Of a stretch of DNA of 64,000 nt, positions 19,242 to 27,039 are shown in pieces. The first letter of the stretch is position 1. Each line of letters begins with the position of its first letter. Source of the stretch: Candidatus Aenigmatarchaeota archaeon (lineage in GTDB: Archaea; Aenigmatarchaeota; Aenigmatarchaeia; CG10238-14; SCSR01); contig JAVZHQ010000002.1 in the NCBI GenBank assembly GCA_038998335.1, forward strand, positions 32,001-96,000. Direction: 5' to 3'. Under the pieces are notes generated by a model. The model ran no database searches. It was not told the origin of the DNA and was given only the letters and a program-made list of their open reading frames with translations. The translations under genes and the position numbers were made by a program.

Positions 19242-19940
19242 TTAACAAAACCCTGGTCTATCGTTTAGCTTATAAACTATATTTCCTTTCGCTTCTGTCA
19301 CAATTAAAGGTGGAGAAATTGGATTATGGCCGTGCTCTACAGTTATTATTGTTGGAATTTTAGAAGCTATGAGAGCTAAGGCAACAGCGTTTGTAGAAAT
19401 ATTCTCATTTTCAAAGACATACGTCTCTTTCATTTTTAGATCGTCTCCTGCTGAGCCACCGCTAAACTTGATATGACTACCTAATGTTCTTATCGTAGCA
19501 GTTACAATTTCCTCTCCCTTCCCAGCCAAACCATCATGTAAGTTTATCGCTGATAAATAAGGATAATTCTCTACATAACTAGGAAATTGTTTAGTAGCTT
19601 CTTTTAACGCTTCCATTTCATTTTCTCTTACCCCTTTTCCCAAACCTGTGAAAAATTTATGAGTATCGCTAGAGATAAGAGCTAGAGCCACACTTCCTTT
19701 ATAAATAGCTTCTTCCGTGAATTCTCCTGCAGAAGAACAACCAATAAGCTTTGCTTCTCTTCCTATAACTTCTCTTATTCCTTCTATAACTTTTTTATAA
19801 TCGTATTCTGAAGAACTGAAAACTAATGCAAAATCTGGCTTTTTTCCTTCTAGTTTTTCTAAAGCTTTAGTCGCTACTTCCCTTCCCACCTCTAAGGAAT
19901 CTTTCCCTTTAACTATACTTGTAACAAACTTGGTTGCCAT
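19242..19940 (-). pseudogene. Truncated FIST signal-transduction protein (FIST_N only)
   Basis: GCSSAGEF and GGSAGDD motifs of FIST_N. The ORF ends at VYKLNDRPG, where FIST_C normally begins. Confidence 0.6.
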
Positions 19941-20034
19941 AAATTTTATTTAAGCTTTTTTATTTTTGAAATTAAAATTGGTTAAACGAAAGATATTTAA
20001 ATTAAATCACATAATTATTTTTAGCTGTTCTTTG

Positions 20035-20679
20035 GTGAACTATTTGAAACCTAAAATAAGAACAACAGGAACAACAACAGTAGGAATAGTTTGTAAGGAA
20101 GGGGTAGTGCTAGCTGCTGAGAAAAAGTCTACTATGGGGTATTTAGTAGCTAGCAAAGAAAGTGTTAAAATTTTGCCTATAGAGGACAACATAGCAATAA
20201 CTATAGCAGGAGCTAGTGGAGATGCTCAAGCTTTAGTAAGATACATGAAAGCTGAATGCAGACTTTTTGAGATTCAAAACAATAGAAAAATTTCTGTTCA
20301 AGCTGCTGCAACACTTCTAGCAAATATTTTATATTCTGGAAGATGGACGTTTTTACCTTACATGGTTCAACTGATAATTGCAGGTTATGATGATTCTGGT
20401 CCTTCCATTTATACTCTTGACGCAATTGGCTCTGTAGAAGAGGAAAAAAGGTTTTTCTCTACAGGCTCAGGCTCGCCAATAGCCTTAGGTGTTTTGGAAG
20501 ATAAGTACAAGGATGGTATTTCTTTAAGCGAAGGGATAAAGCTTGCTGTCCAAGCAATTAAAGCTGCTATAGAGCGTGATATAGCATCTGGAGGAAAAAG
20601 TATTGATGTTGCTGTCATAACTAAAGATGGTTTTAAGTTACTTGGAAAAGAAGAAATTGAAAAAATAACGAAACAGTAA
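20035..20679 (+). CDS. psmB: Proteasome subunit beta
   Basis: TG/TTTVGIV processing site and GSGSP motif. Probable GTG start at 20035. Confidence 0.95.
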   Translation: MNYLKPKIRTTGTTTVGIVCKEGVVLAAEKKSTMGYLVASKESVKILPIEDNIAITIAGASGDAQALVRYMKAECRLFEIQNNRKISVQAAATLLANILYSGRWTFLPYMVQLIIAGYDDSGPSIYTLDAIGSVEEEKRFFSTGSGSPIALGVLEDKYKDGISLSEGIKLAVQAIKAAIERDIASGGKSIDVAVITKDGFKLLGKEEIEKITKQ

Positions 20680-20688
20680 AATTCTAAA

Positions 20689-22566
20689 GTGAATAAAATG
20701 GAAATTCTCGAAAAAGTTAAGAATATACTGCCAAAAGAAGCGATAAGTAAGGTAGAGCTAGAAGGTTCAGAGATAATAGTTTACACAAAGGATAAGGATT
20801 TCTTCGTAGAGCATGAAGAAGTAGTAAAAAAAGCAGTAGAGGAATTGAAGAAAAGAATAGAAATAAGACCTGAAAGCGATTTATGCTTAGACCAAGAGTA
20901 TACAAAAGAAAAGATAATGGAAATAGTTCCAAAAGAAGCTAACATAAAAAACATTTATTTTGAACCAGAGCGTAGCATAGTTATAATTGCTGCAGAAAAG
21001 CCTGGTTTGGTCATAGGAAAAGGTGGGGAAACTTTCAAACAGATTAAAAAAGAGACCTTTTGGGTCCCGAGAATTGAGAGAGTCCCGCCCATAAAATCTG
21101 ATATTATAGAAGGGATAAGAAAGGTTATTCACACAGAAGTGAAATTTAGAAAAGAGTTCTTGAATAAAATAGGTGAGCAAATTTTTTCTGAAAGAAAAAC
21201 TAACAGAGATTGGATAAGAGTTATTGGTTTAGGTTCTTGTAGAGAAGTTGGAAGAAGTTGCTTTTTGATAGAAACACCAAAGTCAAAAGTTTTGATAGAT
21301 TGTGGAATTAATGTGGGGGGAACTAATTCAAGTATTTTTCCTTACTTCCAGACTAAGGAGTTTGATTATAATGAGCTAGATGCTATAATAGTTTCTCACG
21401 CTCATCTAGACCATTTAGGCTGCGTACCAATGCTTTATGAGCATGGTTATGATGGGCCATTATACCTAACTACTCCAACAATAGATTTAGCAACTCTCCT
21501 TTGGCTTGATTACATTGATGTTATGCAAAAAAATGCTGTTAACCCTTTATTTACTGCTCGTGGTGTAAAAGAAGCAGTAAAGCATAGCATTTCTTTAGAG
21601 TATGGGGAAGTTTCTGACGTTGCTCCTGACGTAAGGCTTACTTTTCAGAATGCAGGACATGTTTTAGGTTCAGCTTTAATTCACTTGCATATTGGTGAAG
21701 GTTTGCACAATATTGTTTATGCTTGTGATATGAAGTTTGGGAAAACTCCTCTGCTTGAGCCAGCTTTCACAAATTTTCAAAGGGTTGAAACTCTAATAAT
21801 AGAAAGCACTTATGGTGGAACAAACGATATAATGCCTCCTCGTGACGAAGCAGAAAAGCAACTTGTGGAAATTATAAACAAAACTATGGAGAGAAATGGT
21901 ATAGCTTTGATTCCAAGTTTTGCAGTTGAAAGAGCTCAAGATGTTATGGCCATACTTGTCGAAAATAATTTTCAGTATCCTGTTTTTATTGACGGGATGA
22001 TTTGGGATGCTACAGGAATTTATACTGCTTATCCTGAGTACATGTCAAGAGTAACTCAAAGAAAAATTTTTAGCGGAAAAGATCCTTTTGTTAGCGATAT
22101 TTTTAAAAGAGTGGCTTCTCCTCAAGAAAGGGAAAAAGTTTTGGAGCAAAGGCCTTGTGTTATAATTTCAACATCTGGCATGCTAGTTGGTGGGCCAGCA
22201 ATAAACTACTTGCAAAACTTGGCAGAAGACCCAAAAAATACTTTAATATTTGTTGGTTATCAAGGTGAAGGAACCTTAGGAAGAAGAATTCAGAAAGGAT
22301 GGAAGGAAATTCCTATGAGAACAGAAAATGGAAAAACTATAGCTATTAATTTACAAATGGAAGTTCAGACTATAGATGGGTTGTCAGGACATTCTGACAG
22401 AAATCAGCTCTTAAGCTTTATTCACAGGTTAGCTTCCAAGCCTGATAAAGTGATAATTGCTCATGGTGAGAATCAAAAGGCTTTGGAATTGGCTAGAAGC
22501 ATTCATAAATTGTTTAGAGTAGAAACTGTTGCTCCTAGAAATTTGGAAGCAATAAGACTTAAATGA
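20689..22566 (+). CDS. fttA: beta-CASP ribonuclease aCPSF1 / transcription termination factor FttA
   Basis: Two N-terminal KH domains (KPGLVIGKGG), HAHLDH, AGHVLGS, SGHSD. Follows psmB as commonly seen in archaea. Confidence 0.95.
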   Translation: MNKMEILEKVKNILPKEAISKVELEGSEIIVYTKDKDFFVEHEEVVKKAVEELKKRIEIRPESDLCLDQEYTKEKIMEIVPKEANIKNIYFEPERSIVIIAAEKPGLVIGKGGETFKQIKKETFWVPRIERVPPIKSDIIEGIRKVIHTEVKFRKEFLNKIGEQIFSERKTNRDWIRVIGLGSCREVGRSCFLIETPKSKVLIDCGINVGGTNSSIFPYFQTKEFDYNELDAIIVSHAHLDHLGCVPMLYEHGYDGPLYLTTPTIDLATLLWLDYIDVMQKNAVNPLFTARGVKEAVKHSISLEYGEVSDVAPDVRLTFQNAGHVLGSALIHLHIGEGLHNIVYACDMKFGKTPLLEPAFTNFQRVETLIIESTYGGTNDIMPPRDEAEKQLVEIINKTMERNGIALIPSFAVERAQDVMAILVENNFQYPVFIDGMIWDATGIYTAYPEYMSRVTQRKIFSGKDPFVSDIFKRVASPQEREKVLEQRPCVIISTSGMLVGGPAINYLQNLAEDPKNTLIFVGYQGEGTLGRRIQKGWKEIPMRTENGKTIAINLQMEVQTIDGLSGHSDRNQLLSFIHRLASKPDKVIIAHGENQKALELARSIHKLFRVETVAPRNLEAIRLK

Positions 22567-22573
22567 AACTGTT

Positions 22574-22605
22574 ACAATATCTATATGAACCCCCACTGCT
22601 TACAA
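22574..22605. repeat. Intergenic near-copy of 22784..22814 (inside the adhesin C-terminal region)
   Basis: acaatatctatatgaacccccactgcttacaa vs acaatatctatatgaaccccactgcttacaa; differs by one extra C. Confidence 0.9.
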
Positions 22606-22660
22606 CCTTCTAATTGTCTTTTTAAGTTTACTAGTTTTTTAACTTATTCATTAAAATTTC

Positions 22661-23800
22661 TTAACCATAAAGAATAAGTCCAGCACCTGAAATATCAACA
22701 GTTGCGCTATCTGGGCATGTATCACCTGCTGGATAGGAAGGACAGCCACCTTTTCTAAATTCTACAACCAAAAATCTGTAGTCACAATATCTATATGAAC
22801 CCCACTGCTTACAATCTCCAATTTCTCCTAAAGGTTTAAGAGTAAATTCGTTGCTTATAACTCTGCAAGTTCTTCGCCACTCTCCAGTATTACAACATGT
22901 CGCTGGAGGAATTGTTACAGTTGCAGCCTCTCCATCATCATAAAAATTGCCAGTTTCACGCTCATATTTTATATACCTTAATCTGGCTTCTACGCCGTTA
23001 CATTGTTCATAATAAAAGGTTGCACTACCATCAGGAATATCAATACGTAGTTGACCCCATCTTTCACCAGCCAAATCGGCCCAGAACCTTGCTTTTGTTC
23101 CATAAGGAATGGTTACTGTTGCTGCATATTTTGACCAACTGGTTGAACGTGTGTATTCGTAGGCGTTCCCTCCTCCGACATAACCACCACCAATCCTAAT
23201 AGGATAGAACCAAATTCCAGTAGGTGTATTACTGGTTAAGTTGCCAGAAACAACCAAATTATCCCACAAGCGTACTGTTCCGGTACCGCTTGAATGAGCG
23301 TCTATTATCAAATCTCCTGTATAACTTCTTAACCCCTTTCCACTATCCACATAAATGTCCCCTCCACTTACATGTAATTTTGCTTGAGGACTCGTTGTTC
23401 CGATTCCTACATTTCCACCGCTTGGATTTATTGCTAAAGGAAATGCTGCACTGTCTGTACTACGAAAGGCTTGCATCCAAACAGCCCAAGTACCTGTGTT
23501 AAGAGCACCGATATACAAGAAAACATCACCACCACCTACGGCAGCTACAGCTCTATCAACTCCAACATTCGAGTATCTTGGGCCATTAACACTCAAAGTT
23601 CTTACATCTAATGCTCCAAGAAAAGTGTACTTTCCAGAAGAAGCAAAGGTTCTTTCTGCATCGGTATCCCCTCCTATTTGACTTGCTGTATGCCCTGGGC
23701 TAGGAGCTCCTGGTCCAGGAGAAGCCAAGCTTGGAATATAGCCAACTATTAAACCTAGGGAAAAGATTAGCAAAAAGGATAAAATTAAAGCTTTTTTCAT
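22661..23800 (-). CDS. Secreted fibre/adhesin-like protein with Cys-rich tip domain
   Basis: Signal peptide, GHTASQIGG motif, GNVGIGTTSPQAKLHVSG fibre-type repeat. N-terminal paralog of 51464..52273. Confidence 0.7.
   Translation of the reverse strand: MKKALILSFLLIFSLGLIVGYIPSLASPGPGAPSPGHTASQIGGDTDAERTFASSGKYTFLGALDVRTLSVNGPRYSNVGVDRAVAAVGGGDVFLYIGALNTGTWAVWMQAFRSTDSAAFPLAINPSGGNVGIGTTSPQAKLHVSGGDIYVDSGKGLRSYTGDLIIDAHSSGTGTVRLWDNLVVSGNLTSNTPTGIWFYPIRIGGGYVGGGNAYEYTRSTSWSKYAATVTIPYGTKARFWADLAGERWGQLRIDIPDGSATFYYEQCNGVEARLRYIKYERETGNFYDDGEAATVTIPPATCCNTGEWRRTCRVISNEFTLKPLGEIGDCKQWGSYRYCDYRFLVVEFRKGGCPSYPAGDTCPDSATVDISGAGLILYG
23600..23712 (-). repeat. 113-bp block shared in inverted orientation with 51570..51682
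   Basis: Manual alignment: 6 substitutions, no gaps, first 45 bp identical. Confidence 0.9.
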
Positions 23801-23885
23801 AATTTATTATTTAATTTATTAATACTAATTTCTTACTTTTCTCGTAACCAATACTTTTAACTATTCAGAAAAACTAATTTAAATT

Positions 23886-24167
23886 ATGGGTAAAAAATTT
23901 TTACTGCTTATTCCAATTCTTATTGCTTGTTTGTTATTAATTTTATTGATTTGTTATTTTGGTTTTTTGAGAAAAAATTACGAACCAGAAATTCAAGAAA
24001 GAATGAAAGAATTTTTAATAGATAATCCAAACTCTACCGAAAGTTATGCAAGAGATGTAGTCATTCATGATTTAGCTATAGAAGAGAAAGACTCTAGTTT
24101 ATGCGAAAAAATAATTACTAATTGGTTAAAAGAAGATTGCCTGAATTTTTTCAAGGTGAATGAATGA
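23886..24167 (+). CDS. Small membrane-anchored protein with a Cys pair (DSSLCEKI...EDC)
   Basis: N-terminal TM; stop overlaps the start of the next gene (ATGA). Confidence 0.6.
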   Translation: MGKKFLLLIPILIACLLLILLICYFGFLRKNYEPEIQERMKEFLIDNPNSTESYARDVVIHDLAIEEKDSSLCEKIITNWLKEDCLNFFKVNE

Positions 24168-25978
24168 AAAAAATTATTTTTTTAATTTTCATACCACTAC
24201 TTCTTGTTCCAAATTTAACTCTAGCTCTTACTTGCACTATTTCTACAAGTTGTAACGCGGTAACACTTTTTAAAATTTCATCTTTAACTAATGCTCATGC
24301 AGAATTGCCAGGGCAAACAAATTACGGATACTATGTTTGTTGCAACGAAAATGGTTTAGGAAATAGTTGTAGTGGAACTTATACAATAGTATTAAAACTT
24401 TCTTCTCAAACCAATGCTCATGTAGAAGAAAAAACTTACATAAACTATGTCAATTCAGTTTGTTTATCTTTATCTTCTGGGAGTATAGATTGTCAGTATG
24501 CTGATGATAATTGTAACAATCTTGGCTCTGATTATGTCTGTGTAGCTTCTATTTCTTCCAGAACAAATGCACATGTTGGTGATTGTAACGCATATTCAAG
24601 AAAAATATGCTGTAAAGCGGTAGTCTCAGGCCCGCCTACTTGTGTAAGAAGCAATCCTACAGTATCGATTATTCCGCAATCGCAATCAACTAGTGTAGCA
24701 GGAACTACTCTAACTTATACTGTTAGTATTATCAATAACGATAACTTAGCTTGCGGTTCCTCTATTTTCAGCTTGTCTGTGAATTGTCCTTCAGGTTGGA
24801 TTTGTAATTTAGCTCAGACTTCTCTTACTGTTTCACCAGGTGGGAACAGCAATTCAACTACAATAAATGTTACTTCACCTTTAACAGCCTCTCAAGGAAC
24901 TTATAGTTTTACAGTAAGAGCAACGAACAACAACGACCCTAGCTATTATGGGCAAGGAACCGGAAATTATACAATAACACCTTCTGTTAATTGTGTTGGT
25001 AATTTAAGCTTAAGCATTTCAGGCTCTGGTACTTGCACAGTAAACGCAAGGGTAACAGCTTCAAATTGCGATGGAAAAAGTTTTGATGTAAAAGATGAAA
25101 GTGGAAATATAAAATGCTCTGGAGTAATTTCAGGAAACAACTTTTTATACGATTGTGCTCCATGGGATGTTGTATCAAACGGGGGAATAACTTACACTTA
25201 TAAGCTGTTTGTAGATAATGTAGAGAATGATAGCGCCCAAGTTACTTGTAACCCTTCTGTTCTTGTTTGTAGTGGGGATATACAATTAACTCTAGATAAA
25301 ACTGTTGTCCCTCCTAGTGCTTCTGTAACACCTTCAGCTTCTGGATTATCAAATTGTGACGGGAAAAAGATATCTTTCAGAGATAACGCTTGCGGCTTAG
25401 GAAATGAAGTTTCTAGTTGTATTGTTAGCGGAAATGGTTGCCAAGGCTCATCATTTACTGCACCCTCTAGTGATGGTTTTTATCGTTACTATGCTTGCAT
25501 AGATAAGAATGAAAATGGAAACTTTAACGATCAAGGCGAAAGCGATGACGAAACTCTGCAAGTAGATTCTTCCTTACAAGCAGATTTTATAGCTTGGTTA
25601 GGAATGGAAGAAGTAAATGTTATTACACAACAAAATTTTCCCGTTTCTGTTTATGTTAAAAACACTGGAAGCTTAAAAGATAATTATGAATTTAAAGTTC
25701 AAACTTCTTCTTCAAACGTTCAAGCAAGAGTTTATGATAAAGAAATTTCAAACGTTTTTCCAGGTTCTGTAATTTCAACAAAAGTAGAAATAAAAGTTCT
25801 TGCTCTTTCTTCTCAAGAAGAAGTTAAAGTTAATGTAACTTCAAAAAGTTCAAGAGAAAGCAAAGAACTAACTATAACCCTAAAAATTGGAAGTAGTAGT
25901 ATGAGTGATTTGGATGTTTTATCTGTTCTTTTGATTATAGGTCTTTCGGTAATTTTTTTAATAAAAAGAATGCATTAG
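24164..25978 (+). CDS. Cys-rich modular surface protein (triple SxxTNAH domain, Ig-like domains, MSDL-TM anchor)
   Basis: Signal peptide; ISSLTNAHAE / LSSQTNAHVE / ISSRTNAHVG; NEW3/CARDB-like Ig segments; C-terminal TM. Confidence 0.75.
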   Translation: MKKIIFLIFIPLLLVPNLTLALTCTISTSCNAVTLFKISSLTNAHAELPGQTNYGYYVCCNENGLGNSCSGTYTIVLKLSSQTNAHVEEKTYINYVNSVCLSLSSGSIDCQYADDNCNNLGSDYVCVASISSRTNAHVGDCNAYSRKICCKAVVSGPPTCVRSNPTVSIIPQSQSTSVAGTTLTYTVSIINNDNLACGSSIFSLSVNCPSGWICNLAQTSLTVSPGGNSNSTTINVTSPLTASQGTYSFTVRATNNNDPSYYGQGTGNYTITPSVNCVGNLSLSISGSGTCTVNARVTASNCDGKSFDVKDESGNIKCSGVISGNNFLYDCAPWDVVSNGGITYTYKLFVDNVENDSAQVTCNPSVLVCSGDIQLTLDKTVVPPSASVTPSASGLSNCDGKKISFRDNACGLGNEVSSCIVSGNGCQGSSFTAPSSDGFYRYYACIDKNENGNFNDQGESDDETLQVDSSLQADFIAWLGMEEVNVITQQNFPVSVYVKNTGSLKDNYEFKVQTSSSNVQARVYDKEISNVFPGSVISTKVEIKVLALSSQEEVKVNVTSKSSRESKELTITLKIGSSSMSDLDVLSVLLIIGLSVIFLIKRMH

Positions 25979-25989
25979 TAGCTTATGTT

Positions 25990-26307
25990 TTATTCGATAT
26001 AATTTTTAACTGTCGCTTCAGTTATTATTCCAACATCTATTATCCTGCTGTAAATCAAGGTTTTATTCAGCAAAGAATCGTAAAGCCTTTGATTTTTTTG
26101 TAAGCAAAAGCAGTGATTATCTTTATCTATATGACTAAACTCTGTATCGGGAATAAACTCACAAAATTTTTTACAATTTTCTATTAATTGTGATTTAGAG
26201 TTTGGTAAAAAGGTGTTGCCTATGAAAATTCCAAGTAAAAAAATAGCTATTGCAAATATTGCATAAGCTAGATAATGCTTGATTTTAAAACTTGACATTT
26301 TTTTCAT
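25990..26307 (-). CDS. Small membrane-anchored Cys-containing protein
   Basis: TM helix followed by CKKFC...HCFC. Confidence 0.6.
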   Translation of the reverse strand: MKKMSSFKIKHYLAYAIFAIAIFLLGIFIGNTFLPNSKSQLIENCKKFCEFIPDTEFSHIDKDNHCFCLQKNQRLYDSLLNKTLIYSRIIDVGIITEATVKNYIE

Positions 26308-26442
26308 AATTGTTTATTTCTTCTTATAAATTTATTGGTTTAAGGTGGAGAGTAGAAGTATGATTAAGAGTTTGTTTGACGGAAATGCAAAGTGCTTCTT
26401 TAAATTAAAATATATTTAGAAATTCCAAACCTAAATATAAAT

Positions 26443-27039
26443 ATGAGAAAAGCTTTACTTTTACCTGTAATCTTTCTTTTGACGATATCAGGTTTAATTT
26501 TATATCTACACTATCAAACAAAAACAGAAGAGCAATTGATAAAAGAGTGTATGGCCATAGCACAAGAAGATAGAAAGACATGTTTTCCAGGTTCTAGACC
26601 TTTCATCATTTGCAAAATTAACGGCAGCCAGATTATTAAAACAGAAAATTTGAGTGATATCAAATGTGGTGAAACTATAATGTATACAGTTAATTTAAAC
26701 TTAGCATCAAAATTACCCGAAAAATTTTATGCTTGTGCCTTGTATGATAAGTTGTTGAATGTAACGGAATGGCGTTGTATAGAACAAGTCTCATTTCCTG
26801 GTATGGCGAAAACATCTTATATAAACGGAAAAGTCTTGACTTGCCTTCATGTGCTTGAATCTAACTCAACCTCAATTATGTTTTTCTATAAGGGTGTTGT
26901 TCCAAACGTAACCAAAATAAATTTATTAGAATTTTATATTTTCCCTCCTGATGTTCCAGAAATCTCACAAAAATATTTTGAAAATAATCTTAATCTTGGA
27001 AAAAAAGTTTACGAGTTATACGGTAATGTAGTATGTTGA
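26443..27039 (+). CDS. Secreted/membrane-anchored hypothetical protein
   Basis: N-terminal hydrophobic segment and multiple Cys. Confidence 0.6.
   Translation: MRKALLLPVIFLLTISGLILYLHYQTKTEEQLIKECMAIAQEDRKTCFPGSRPFIICKINGSQIIKTENLSDIKCGETIMYTVNLNLASKLPEKFYACALYDKLLNVTEWRCIEQVSFPGMAKTSYINGKVLTCLHVLESNSTSIMFFYKGVVPNVTKINLLEFYIFPPDVPEISQKYFENNLNLGKKVYELYGNVVC

Noticed and set aside
22574-22814. Complete diversity-generating retroelement
   Set aside because: The repeat is only about 32 bp with an indel, and there is no RT or Avd gene in the window. Kept only as a repeat finding.
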